This document shows, one piece after another, positions 13,880 through 22,128 of a stretch of DNA of 45,448 nt. A program made the position numbers and the translations under genes. Under the pieces are notes generated by a model. That model searched no databases and was not told the DNA's origin. It saw only the letters and a program-made list of their open reading frames with translations. Each line of letters opens with the position of its first letter. Positions within the stretch are counted from its first letter, which is position 1. Origin of the DNA: an uncultured Candidatus Saccharibacteria bacterium (lineage in GTDB: Bacteria; Patescibacteriota; Saccharimonadia; Saccharimonadales; CALMSM01); NCBI GenBank assembly GCA_937872425.1, contig CALMSM010000181.1:1-45448 (forward strand). The letters run 5' to 3'.

Positions 13880-14181
13880 CTGCGCACCTTGAAGGGCGAA
13901 TCGTTGGCCAGGGGCTCTGTGAGGCGTCCGGCCACACCGAGCGTTTGCTGCACCACGTGACGTGCCCGCAATGTCTCGTGGTGCTCGACGTCATGATGAC
14001 GCAGGGGTTCAAGCCGAAGCGGGTCTACGGGGCGAAGGCGACGACACGCTCCTGGCATTGGCGGCCGGGACCCAAGCGGCCGTTCGCAGCGCTGTTCGTG
14101 CGGGGCGCTGCAGTGCGTGGCTGGCTTGAGGCCCGCAACATGAAGCAACCGAGCGACGTACTGGTCGCCAATCCCACCTAA
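13876..14181 (+). CDS. hypothetical protein (CxxC-containing)
   Basis: 101 aa (MTAHLEGRIVG...HHVTCPQCLVV...). It is translationally coupled to 13697..13879 by an ATGA overlap. Confidence 0.5.
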   Translation: MTAHLEGRIVGQGLCEASGHTERLLHHVTCPQCLVVLDVMMTQGFKPKRVYGAKATTRSWHWRPGPKRPFAALFVRGAAVRGWLEARNMKQPSDVLVANPT

Positions 14182-14193
14182 GCTGGAGTGCTC

Positions 14194-14580
14194 ATGAAGG
14201 TTGAACCGGCAGAGATGCAGGTCCTGGAAATCTGGCCAGAGCCCAAGAAGGCCGACTGGAAGATTCGAATGGGTTCTATCGTTCGAATCGGCCAGTCGAG
14301 TGACGGGACCTGGTACGTCGAAATCGACGCCATGCGCCAGTCACGGGGCCGGGGGGCGGCATATACCCGTACTTACAGGACCCACAAGACCAAGACCAAG
14401 TTTCGGGCGGCCGAAGAGGTTGACGCTTTCTTCGATGCGCTCATCACCATCAAAGAGATGATGGCTTCAGGTGAGTCGCTGAGTACCCACTTCAAGGCTC
14501 GTGCCACCAACGAGGCCCACAAAAACGCGGTCATCGAAGAGGGTCAGCGTGTACCCAGAGTCATCGCGAACTTCGAGTGA
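14194..14580 (+). CDS. hypothetical protein
   Basis: 128 aa from the ATG at 14194, with GGAG 5 nt upstream. The ORF track starts at the GTG at 14188. Confidence 0.6.
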   Translation: MKVEPAEMQVLEIWPEPKKADWKIRMGSIVRIGQSSDGTWYVEIDAMRQSRGRGAAYTRTYRTHKTKTKFRAAEEVDAFFDALITIKEMMASGESLSTHFKARATNEAHKNAVIEEGQRVPRVIANFE

Positions 14581-14584
14581 TGTG

Positions 14585-14613
14585 TTGACGCGCAGCACTA
14601 AATAGTCTATAAG
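14585..14613 (+). promoter_or_regulatory. sigma70-consensus promoter, leaderless layout
   Basis: TTGACG-N17-TATAAG, then 6 nt to the ATG at 14620. Confidence 0.6.
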
Positions 14614-14619
14614 TGCTGC

Positions 14620-14823
14620 ATGACCGAATACGCCATCGAGACCATCTTCCTTCGCCCGGGTACGGTCGTCACGTACCTCGTCGATGGCGTGAAGGTGACC
14701 GAAGTGGTCGCCGAAGAGATTGAGGTCCTGCTCGTCGTCGGACTTCAAGGTACGGCGTCTATCGTCAAGTGGCCTGCCGCTCCTGGCGGCGAGGCGACGG
14801 CGGTCGAGCCTACTCTTTCTTGA
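14620..14823 (+). CDS. hypothetical small protein
   Basis: 67 aa. The ATG is 6 nt after TTGACG-N17-TATAAG. The 3' end overlaps the convergent MuF-like gene by 14 nt. Confidence 0.5.
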   Translation: MTEYAIETIFLRPGTVVTYLVDGVKVTEVVAEEIEVLLVVGLQGTASIVKWPAAPGGEATAVEPTLS

Positions 14824-16147
14824 CCAGCTTCACCGGTACATGGGTCATGCCCGTATCGCGTGCAGCTTGCAAGATGTGGTGATTGCTGAGAGTTCCGTAA
14901 GAACCTGCGCCCAATTCCATGACCTCGACATGAGGTATGGCTTGTCCGGACTTCAGTTTCTTGACGGCATCGGCGTGAAGTCGCCCATCCGAAACACCAC
15001 CCTCTTCCATGACTTCAATAGGCAGGTGAGTCTCGGCTCCGGGGGCTTGCCAGGTCTTCATCGAAGGACCCGTAGGTTCGGGCGGCTTTGCGTGTCCAGA
15101 CTTGACGTAGTGGGCGAAATAGGGATGGTTCGGGTCAGCTACCACCTTATTCTGGCGATTTCTCAGCAACCCAGCTTCGCCAAGATGCTGGTCCACCCAC
15201 TGCCAGTCGTAATCCCCTGTGTACGCTCTCTGGAACGGGATTTTTGCGCCGATGGTTGGGTGTTCCAACATGTCGTGGCCACCACCAGCCTTGTCTACCC
15301 ACCCGAAACCCCTCAAGATACCCTTGAGTTGCGGCTGCTTGAGGCCCTTTTCCAAGGTCTCGAACACTTCGCTTTCGCGCTTTTGGATTCCTTGCTGGTT
15401 TTCGTACTCGTCGTGACCAGCAGCGATGTAGGTCACGCGCCCTGAAGCGTCGAAGCCGTATCCTGGCAGCAAATGGGTCAGCATGCACCTACAGTGAGGG
15501 TGCAGACCGCCGACCTTCGGTTGAGACTGGCCTCTTTTGTGGTAGCCCGAACCGACGTCGCTGAGCTTCCACACCCTCGGCGTGACCTGGTCAGGCATCA
15601 TGTGCAGACGAGTGCATTCGTCGCAGCGGTGCTGGTCGCGGACGGTCACGAAAAACACGTTCGGGTCTTTTTTGCCGCTCAGAGCGCCGATCCGGCCAAT
15701 GGCGTCAAAAATGCCGACATTCCTGGCTGTGGTGGTCTCGGTCTCAACGATTCTCTTGACGTCGACCTTGACGTCTGCCCACAAGTCCGCCAACTGGCCG
15801 CCAAGGACCGTCTTGACGTCGGTCTTGATGCCCTGGTTCTGGGCATCGGCCATGTACGCCTGGACCTGCTGAAGAACCCTGGCCTTGGTCTTCTCGCGGC
15901 TGGAATCCAGATAGGCCCCTGCGATGCGCTGGAGCGACCTAAGGATTTCTTCACGAGGCTCGACCCCTTCTTGCCGACCTGCGGCCAGAAAGAGCCCAGA
16001 GAGGCTGTAGAGCGGGTTAAACGAGATTTCCAAGCGCTTCCCGGTCGGGACACCCAAGAGGCGGGTCTTCGCGCGGTCGAACAAGGCGTCGACCGCTGCG
16101 TGGATTGCCTTTTGAGCCGCTGGGCCAAGGACCGTTGAACGAGCCAC
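14810..16147 (-). CDS. MuF / SPP1 gp7-like head morphogenesis protein with C-terminal HicA-like and ParB-N-like extensions
   Basis: 445 aa, directly downstream of the portal gene. MuF core: ETETTTARN...FFVTVRDQHRCDECTRL...GGLHPHCRCM. Residues 274-328 (LKGILRGFGWVDKAGGGHDMLEHP...IPF...LGEAGLL) follow the HicA pattern. Residues 383-442 (...IPHVEVMELGAGSYGTLSNHHILQAARDTGMTHVPVKLV) follow the ParB-N/sulfiredoxin pattern. Confidence 0.75.
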   Translation of the reverse strand: MARSTVLGPAAQKAIHAAVDALFDRAKTRLLGVPTGKRLEISFNPLYSLSGLFLAAGRQEGVEPREEILRSLQRIAGAYLDSSREKTKARVLQQVQAYMADAQNQGIKTDVKTVLGGQLADLWADVKVDVKRIVETETTTARNVGIFDAIGRIGALSGKKDPNVFFVTVRDQHRCDECTRLHMMPDQVTPRVWKLSDVGSGYHKRGQSQPKVGGLHPHCRCMLTHLLPGYGFDASGRVTYIAAGHDEYENQQGIQKRESEVFETLEKGLKQPQLKGILRGFGWVDKAGGGHDMLEHPTIGAKIPFQRAYTGDYDWQWVDQHLGEAGLLRNRQNKVVADPNHPYFAHYVKSGHAKPPEPTGPSMKTWQAPGAETHLPIEVMEEGGVSDGRLHADAVKKLKSGQAIPHVEVMELGAGSYGTLSNHHILQAARDTGMTHVPVKLVKKE

Positions 16148-16150
16148 GGA

Positions 16151-18211
16151 TTACTCCTTGTGCTTGTCGGGCATGTAGTGGTCAATTACAGCAGCGATTT
16201 CGTCCGTTGCCTTTTGGGCGTCGGCTTCGAGCCCGTGGAGGACGTGCTGGATGACCTGGCGCTGATGATGCAAGAGCATTTTCTTGCTAGAAGGAAGCTG
16301 CTGCTCGGACTTCGACATCATCCCTGCGAACTGGTCGACGGTGTTCGTGAGGTCGCCCTGCTGGTCTTTCTGTTCCTGTTGCTGCTGACCCTGCTGTTGC
16401 TGGGCCTGCTGCTGCTGCATTTGCTGCTGCTGCTGCATTTGTTGCTGTTCCATCTGCATCTGTTGCCACTGGAACCAGTTTGGGTTGTTGACGAACTGGA
16501 ACCTGGGGTCCTTGGAGGCGCCCTCGATGCCGAAGAAGAACTCCAGAATCTCGCCGACCAAGAAGTACTTGTCGACGACGGCCTGCCACTGGGGGTTCAG
16601 CAAGAACCGACCAGCCCAACGGCGACCGACGGGGTGCTTTTCGACCTTCTCCAAGACTTCATCCATGGTCATGTGAACGGCCATGTCCTGCTGGAGTCGG
16701 GTCGATTCCTTTTCGGCGGTGTCGACGTCGAGGCCAACGAACTTGAGGGAGCAAGAGTCGGCGAGGTCGGGTGCGAGCAGAGGCAGAACGCGAGCGTTGA
16801 GGAAGTTCTGGAACTGGGCAATCAGAGGCCTGATGCCGACGTCACGATGAGCTTCGAGCTTGTACTCGTTGTTGCTTTCGGACATGGCCTGGTTGTTCGT
16901 ACCACGGCTCAGGTGAGCGTAGCCGGGGAGTTCTTCAGGCGACATCTGGTAGGCCGACAGAATCACACGAGCGTTGGTGTCGCTGAGGTACTGGAACTCC
17001 ATGTCTCGTGACGAGTTGTCGATGGGGTACCAGTTGATTTCATCGTCAGTACCGACACCGAAAATTGGCATACGCCAAGCGTTGCCGACCGAGTTGATGG
17101 ACGCGTTGAATTGCTGACGAACGAACGACACTACGTTCTCGTCAACGTCATCCGACTTGATGACAATCATGCCGCGAGCAGCACGACCAGACTGGAAATA
17201 CAGCTTGTTGTGCGTCCCGATGTTGATGTGCGTGGTGACGGCCGTGATGACCGTGTCGAGAGGGGTGATGGGGTACCCATCAAGCTCGACGTCGGTGCTC
17301 GGGTAGAAATTGTGGACGAAGCATTCGTCGCTCGTGAAGGCCTGGATGGGCTGTCCTTCGACGACCTGGACCCACGAATACTCGTCGGCCACGTACTTCT
17401 CGGGGACGAGCTTCTTGTTCTTGAGGCGTGCGAGGTGGTGAAGGGCCTGCTTACGGACGGCGTCACCGGCTTCCTTGTACGGGGCTGCGCGGAAAATCGT
17501 ACCCGCGTCGATTGGGCGGAACGAGTGGAACTTGCGACCCGATGGGGTGTCAACCCAAATCATTTCCGTGGCTGCCCGTCCGAAGACGACGGCATTGCGG
17601 GCCGACATGAAAAGGTACTGTCCGAAGGTGAGGGCCTCTTGGTCATCCCACCCACGGGTTTCACCGCACGTCATCAGAAGCTGTTCGACCTCAGCGATTC
17701 TCTTCTGAAGGGCTTCCTTCTGTTCGCTCTTCAGGTTCTCGGTGAAGCGAGGCTTGGGTTCAAGACGTACGCCGGTCGAGAACCGGTCTGGCTGGGGGCG
17801 TCCAAAGGCTGCGAGTTGGTTGCTGCGGGTGTTGACGATTGCGGCGACCAGGTCGTCTTGAATCGAAATGCGCTTCAGGACTTCGTCCGGCAGCAGGCGC
17901 AGCTTTCGCTTCCACAGAGAAGCGTAGACGTTCTGCGAGTTCGGCTGCGTGTCGAAGGCGAGGCGCTCGATAGAGTCACCCGGGCCGTTGAGTACGTTCA
18001 AGACCGACTTGATGAGCGGGTTCGAGTCCGCCATCGCTTGCTCATGAGACTTGAGGTCCGACTTCGACAGCGGCTTCGAGGTCTCAGCGGCGGCGAAATA
18101 CGGGTCAGCGAAGGCCATGCTGACCTTGTTCTTGCGAGGTGCTTCTTGGGTAGGGACGTCGGAGAACTGTTCCAGGATACCCCGCTGGAAAGCCGTGAGT
18201 TTCTTGGCCAT
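16151..18211 (-). CDS. portal protein
   Basis: 686 aa, located between the terminase-proximal gene and the MuF-like gene. Its size and position fit a portal. The C-terminal region carries a poly-Gln tract (QQQMQQQQQMQQQQAQQQQGQQQQEQ). Confidence 0.75.
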   Translation of the reverse strand: MAKKLTAFQRGILEQFSDVPTQEAPRKNKVSMAFADPYFAAAETSKPLSKSDLKSHEQAMADSNPLIKSVLNVLNGPGDSIERLAFDTQPNSQNVYASLWKRKLRLLPDEVLKRISIQDDLVAAIVNTRSNQLAAFGRPQPDRFSTGVRLEPKPRFTENLKSEQKEALQKRIAEVEQLLMTCGETRGWDDQEALTFGQYLFMSARNAVVFGRAATEMIWVDTPSGRKFHSFRPIDAGTIFRAAPYKEAGDAVRKQALHHLARLKNKKLVPEKYVADEYSWVQVVEGQPIQAFTSDECFVHNFYPSTDVELDGYPITPLDTVITAVTTHINIGTHNKLYFQSGRAARGMIVIKSDDVDENVVSFVRQQFNASINSVGNAWRMPIFGVGTDDEINWYPIDNSSRDMEFQYLSDTNARVILSAYQMSPEELPGYAHLSRGTNNQAMSESNNEYKLEAHRDVGIRPLIAQFQNFLNARVLPLLAPDLADSCSLKFVGLDVDTAEKESTRLQQDMAVHMTMDEVLEKVEKHPVGRRWAGRFLLNPQWQAVVDKYFLVGEILEFFFGIEGASKDPRFQFVNNPNWFQWQQMQMEQQQMQQQQQMQQQQAQQQQGQQQQEQKDQQGDLTNTVDQFAGMMSKSEQQLPSSKKMLLHHQRQVIQHVLHGLEADAQKATDEIAAVIDHYMPDKHKE
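16358..16468. repeat. CTG/TTG (CAG/CAA on the coding strand) low-complexity tract encoding poly-Gln
   Basis: The plus strand reads ctgctg...ctgctgttgctgggcctgctgctgctgcatttgctgctgctgctgcatttgttgctg, inside the portal gene. Confidence 0.8.
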
Positions 18212-18215
18212 GAAT

Positions 18216-19202
18216 TTATCCTACCATCAGAACTGTGACGTCAGCGGCGACCGCAGAACGGTTGAAAATCACCAGCGACCAGGTCGGACCGAGACGGGCG
18301 TAGAACCCAGGCTTGGTCGGGTCGCTGGAATCGAAGGGGGTGGTCCTCTGGAAGTCCCCGGTATCGCCATTGACACGGGGGACGACTTCTTGGGTAGATT
18401 CGATGTACAAAAGCCTCTTGGCTTCCGTGAAAAAGCTCATACCGGCGGCACCAGGAACGATGGCGGTCTGCGTAGCCAGAGGCGTGGTGCTGACGAACTC
18501 GACAAAAAGGTCGGTGACAGCGGTGACCTTGAAAATCTGTCGAGCGGAGGCAGAGAACCCTGCAGTGATGTCGAGGGAGTCCCCAATCTGGACGCCAGCG
18601 GCGCTGTAAATCCGGAGTTGGTCGTTGCTGACCGGTGACACGACTTCGCCGATACCTTCAAAGCCCTGGCCCGTGGGTCGCACGAGGGTGATGATTTGTG
18701 AGCTTGTCACGCCGAGAACGGTCCAGTACCCCGCGTTCAGGACTGAAATGACGTTGGCGGCGTCGCCGGTCGTCGTGTGGGGGATGAACACATGGTCGCC
18801 CACGGCTACGGAGCCAAAAATGGCCGAGGCTGCGTTCACGGTCATCGTCGCGTTCGCATTGACGGTGAAGGTGAGAGCTACCCCGCTGGCGGCGATAGCT
18901 CGCCCGGTACGGAGACCTGGGTTGGCCCCACCAGTGTGGGTGATTCGGTACGTGCTGGCATTTTCGACGACCAGCAGGCCGAGTCCGAATGCGGTAGTCC
19001 CGTCAATCGTGGTCGGTCTGACGCCCGTGAAGATGGTCAACGCCTGACCAGGTTCAATCCGATGTGCCTCGATTTTGGGGTCGGTGACGGCAATACCGCT
19101 GACGTCACGAGTCCAGTCCAAAAACCGCAAACGGGGGTTGCTGCTGGCCTGAGCATCGCCGAAAGCGACGATTTTTGCTGTAAAATTGAGGGTAGCTTGC
19201 AT
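18216..19202 (-). CDS. virion-module protein, function unknown
   Basis: Start reassigned to the ATG at 19202 (MQATLNFTAK...), with GGAG 5 nt upstream and 19 nt after the terminase stop. 328 aa, beta-rich and Thr/Val/Gly-rich. Confidence 0.6.
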   Translation of the reverse strand: MQATLNFTAKIVAFGDAQASSNPRLRFLDWTRDVSGIAVTDPKIEAHRIEPGQALTIFTGVRPTTIDGTTAFGLGLLVVENASTYRITHTGGANPGLRTGRAIAASGVALTFTVNANATMTVNAASAIFGSVAVGDHVFIPHTTTGDAANVISVLNAGYWTVLGVTSSQIITLVRPTGQGFEGIGEVVSPVSNDQLRIYSAAGVQIGDSLDITAGFSASARQIFKVTAVTDLFVEFVSTTPLATQTAIVPGAAGMSFFTEAKRLLYIESTQEVVPRVNGDTGDFQRTTPFDSSDPTKPGFYARLGPTWSLVIFNRSAVAADVTVLMVG

Positions 19203-19221
19203 GGAATCTCCGGGGCGTAGA

Positions 19222-21147
19222 TTATCCGTCCCAAACGAAGCGGTTTTTCTTGACTGTGGTGCCAGAAACTGTGGTGCCGCTAGAGCTACCGGACATCGAG
19301 CCGGTCTCACGTCGAATGAGGTCGGTCATCCAGTTCTGTTGACTATTTGGATGCTTCGACTCGGGTGCTGCGTGAGCTTCGACTGTCAAGGCTGTTCGGG
19401 TGTCTTCTTTGAGGGCGCCCTTGGAGCCTAGCACATTCATGATGACGTAACGCAGCGCGTCGGCTTCGTCGTCGTCGGTGCCGTCAGGTTCTTCGGTAGG
19501 TAGCCCGTCGTTGGTGACCACGAGCTTGTACTTCTTGAGGTTTTTCCAGAGCTTGTCGCTGACGCCGGAATCCTCAGACAAGAAGAACAACCTGGTCTTT
19601 CCTCGGCCCGACATCAGCAGCGAGCGAATGATTTCGATACCGGCCTTGACACTGAAGGGCTTCTTTTCCCAGTCAATCATCCTGAAGCCGCGCTTCGAGA
19701 AAGTCTTGATGGACCCCGGGTAGGCGGGGTCTGCGTAGACGCGGGGGTTGTTGAACATGAGCTTGATGTACTCGGAGTTCGCGGTCTGGTCGTCGAGTTC
19801 CAGACCTGGCTGGGAGTAACAGTCAAGGACAAAGACATACTGGCCGAACGTCGCAATCGTGACGATGGCGAAGGGGTGGGTGAACCCGAAGTCCATGCCG
19901 GTATAGAACCGGGCCCCTTTGCTCATCAGCAACTGAATGAGCGAGGTCTTGGTATAGTTCTTGACTTCGTCTTCGGCCAGGACCATGGCTGCCATCTGGT
20001 TGGCGGTCTTTTTGTGGAGGTCTTCTGACAGGCGCGGGAACACAAGACCGCTGGCGTCAGGCTTGCGGCACAGATACTCGGTCGTGATGAAGTCCGGGCT
20101 CGGAGCTTGCTGGAACTTTTCGATTGCGAACGAAATGGGCTTGAGCATCGGGCTCTTGGAAGTCTGGTTGGTAGCCAGACGTCCCTTGCATGCCGCAAAG
20201 ATGCGACAGTTTTTACAGCCCGCGAAGCCCTCTTTGGTGTACCAGCCCTTTTGTTCACCGGGGCTAAGGCCGTCGAACTGGTCCTTGGTGATGTGGCGGA
20301 CCTGGTCGTCGTTGATGTAGTACTCTTGCTTGGGCTCGTCGGGCTTGTGACGAGCGGGTTCGCAAGCGTGCGTTACGTCAATCAGGTTCCAGTGCTTGAT
20401 TTTGAGCTTGGTGCGGTCCGACTCGTCGATTTCGTGCTGTACGAGCCCCGTACGAGACTTACGAGTCGACGTGAGGAGTGTGAGCGGCAACATGCCGTCA
20501 CGGGGGTCGGGGATGTTCTGGGCCTGGTGGTAAGCCGCGATGTTTTGCTTGGGTACGACGTCGACTTCGTCAATGACGAAAAACTCGACGTGGTCGCTGT
20601 TCGCGCCAGCCATTGTACAAACGACGATTTTGAGGTAATTGTCCCTGCGGTGATATTCTTGCTGCTGGGCAAGTGTCAGGGCAGAGAACTCCGTATCGTT
20701 GAGGATTTCACCGGTCTTTTTGTGGGCGAATCGAACGAGCTTGATTTCTCGGGAGTTGTCTCCGACGACGAAGTCCTTGAGGACGGGCCGACGGAAGAAG
20801 TCCTTGATGTAGCTGGCCGACTTCTTGGACTGGGCCTCGATGGCGGCCATGTGACCGATGTTGCGGGTCGTATGCAACAAAGCCATCGTTTCGAGTACGG
20901 CTGCGGACAGCGTCTTGAAACCACCTCGATTGGCGTAGGTCATGACCTTCGAGCTACCGGCCAGGTCGTTCCTCAGAATGCGGTCGTAGTACTCCCAAGC
21001 GGCGTCAAGGGGTGACGAGTTCGATTCGTCCTCTACGACGATGCAGTCGGGGAAGTCGATTTTCAGGAAGTGGATAATCCACGACTTGAAGTGAGCCCTG
21101 GTCGTACATGGGGTAAAGAGAAGCTTGCGATTTTCCTGGAGATTCAT
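19222..21147 (-). CDS. terL: terminase large subunit
   Basis: 641 aa. Walker-A-like YANRGGFKT, Walker-B FFVIDEVD, a C-terminal RNaseH-like nuclease region with acidic residues (YADPAYPG, DDDEADALRY), and an ATGA overlap with the upstream small ORF. Confidence 0.85.
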   Translation of the reverse strand: MNLQENRKLLFTPCTTRAHFKSWIIHFLKIDFPDCIVVEDESNSSPLDAAWEYYDRILRNDLAGSSKVMTYANRGGFKTLSAAVLETMALLHTTRNIGHMAAIEAQSKKSASYIKDFFRRPVLKDFVVGDNSREIKLVRFAHKKTGEILNDTEFSALTLAQQQEYHRRDNYLKIVVCTMAGANSDHVEFFVIDEVDVVPKQNIAAYHQAQNIPDPRDGMLPLTLLTSTRKSRTGLVQHEIDESDRTKLKIKHWNLIDVTHACEPARHKPDEPKQEYYINDDQVRHITKDQFDGLSPGEQKGWYTKEGFAGCKNCRIFAACKGRLATNQTSKSPMLKPISFAIEKFQQAPSPDFITTEYLCRKPDASGLVFPRLSEDLHKKTANQMAAMVLAEDEVKNYTKTSLIQLLMSKGARFYTGMDFGFTHPFAIVTIATFGQYVFVLDCYSQPGLELDDQTANSEYIKLMFNNPRVYADPAYPGSIKTFSKRGFRMIDWEKKPFSVKAGIEIIRSLLMSGRGKTRLFFLSEDSGVSDKLWKNLKKYKLVVTNDGLPTEEPDGTDDDEADALRYVIMNVLGSKGALKEDTRTALTVEAHAAPESKHPNSQQNWMTDLIRRETGSMSGSSSGTTVSGTTVKKNRFVWDG

Positions 21148-21785
21148 TGCTTCATCACCAAGAACTCAAGCATTTTGGCTGCTTCGGCAGCTTCAACCGG
21201 CCGATCGGCGGCAAGCTGCGGACGAACCAATTCAGCGTCGACGACGTCAGGCTCGTTGGCGACGTAAGTCGTCCGCTGAGGCTGTTGGGGCGTTGGATTG
21301 GCACTGGTGAGTTGGTGCATGATGCCAATCAAGTCCTTGTAGGTCTTGAAAGACATCTCCTTGAACTCGCCAAGGTCTTCTGGGTTGCCGGTCTGCAGAT
21401 ACCGCTTGAAACGGTCACCGACGAGCTTCCGGTACACAGCCATGCCGTCAGCGGCGAATTGAATCGACTCAAGAGCGGACTTTTCGACTGTCTGCTTGAC
21501 AGTCGACATCAAGTCGGCGACGTACTCGTCCCTCAGGCGGTCCCAATCGTGCTCAATCCTGGCCCTGACGATGAGCCCCAGGCCGAGCGACCCGTAGTTC
21601 GGGTTAAGTCGCTGAATTTCCTCGGTAGAATACCCCTGGAGGAACAACCCAAACAACTGGATAGCCGTTTGGGTCGAAAGGAATTTATCGCTTGCGAGCT
21701 TTGCGAGCGCTTCTTTTTCCTTTGGATTTAGCAGGCTTTCGGCCCTTGCTAGCTGGTCGGGGGTCATCTTGATTGATAGTACCAC
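21144..21785 (-). CDS. putative terminase small subunit
   Basis: 213-aa helical ORF immediately upstream of terL and coupled to it. The call rests on position only. The start could instead be the Met at 21767. Confidence 0.4.
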   Translation of the reverse strand: MVLSIKMTPDQLARAESLLNPKEKEALAKLASDKFLSTQTAIQLFGLFLQGYSTEEIQRLNPNYGSLGLGLIVRARIEHDWDRLRDEYVADLMSTVKQTVEKSALESIQFAADGMAVYRKLVGDRFKRYLQTGNPEDLGEFKEMSFKTYKDLIGIMHQLTSANPTPQQPQRTTYVANEPDVVDAELVRPQLAADRPVEAAEAAKMLEFLVMKQ

Positions 21786-22128
21786 GGTCCACAGTCCATT
21801 TCGGACCTAGCACTTGACAAACAAGAGCTTCCATCATCTGCTGAACGTCCTCAAGGGTCCGTTCGAATCCACGCGGAGCAGGTCCACCTGAATAGGTTAC
21901 GTGCTGCTTGTCAGTGTCAACTCCCAAAACAACTTTCGAGCCCATGATGAGCATCGCGTTGCGCTTCAGAGTGACAAGCTGGGCTTCGTAGACCTGGCCA
22001 GTCCAGGTCGCGGTCTGCCGCAAGGTCTCGAAGAGCCCGATGCGGGGGTCCCCTGGCTGGGTGACACCACGGCGGGCGGCGGCATTGAGAAGTGGCTTTA
22101 CATCGACTCCGTCGTTTTCTTCAGACAT
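21685..22128 (-). CDS. hypothetical protein with highly basic C-terminal tail
   Basis: Start set at MSEENDGVDV (22128). 147 aa, ending in PASKGRKPAKSKGKRSARKARKR. The last 83-101 nt overlap the next gene in another frame. Confidence 0.5.
   Translation of the reverse strand: MSEENDGVDVKPLLNAAARRGVTQPGDPRIGLFETLRQTATWTGQVYEAQLVTLKRNAMLIMGSKVVLGVDTDKQHVTYSGGPAPRGFERTLEDVQQMMEALVCQVLGPKWTVDRGTINQDDPRPASKGRKPAKSKGKRSARKARKR

Noticed and set aside
13681-14181. The single 166-aa ORF 13681-14181 from the ORF track.
   Set aside because: Its first 65 codons are Arg/Ser-rich. They lie out of frame over a better ORF (13697-13879) that starts 6 nt after a consensus promoter. Splitting it into 13697-13879 plus 13876-14181 (ATGA-coupled) fits the local gene grammar better.
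16358-16468. A repetitive CTG/TTG tract considered as a possible CRISPR or tandem-repeat locus.
   Set aside because: It is in frame within the portal gene, encodes poly-Gln, and has no spacer-repeat periodicity. No CRISPR-like array exists anywhere in the window.
19219-19226. GATAATCT overlapping the terminase stop codon, considered as an internal promoter for 18216-19202.
   Set aside because: It differs from the AGTAATCT word. The downstream gene has a normal GGAG RBS only 19 nt after the terminase stop, so co-transcription is the simpler reading. It is mentioned only as a related motif.
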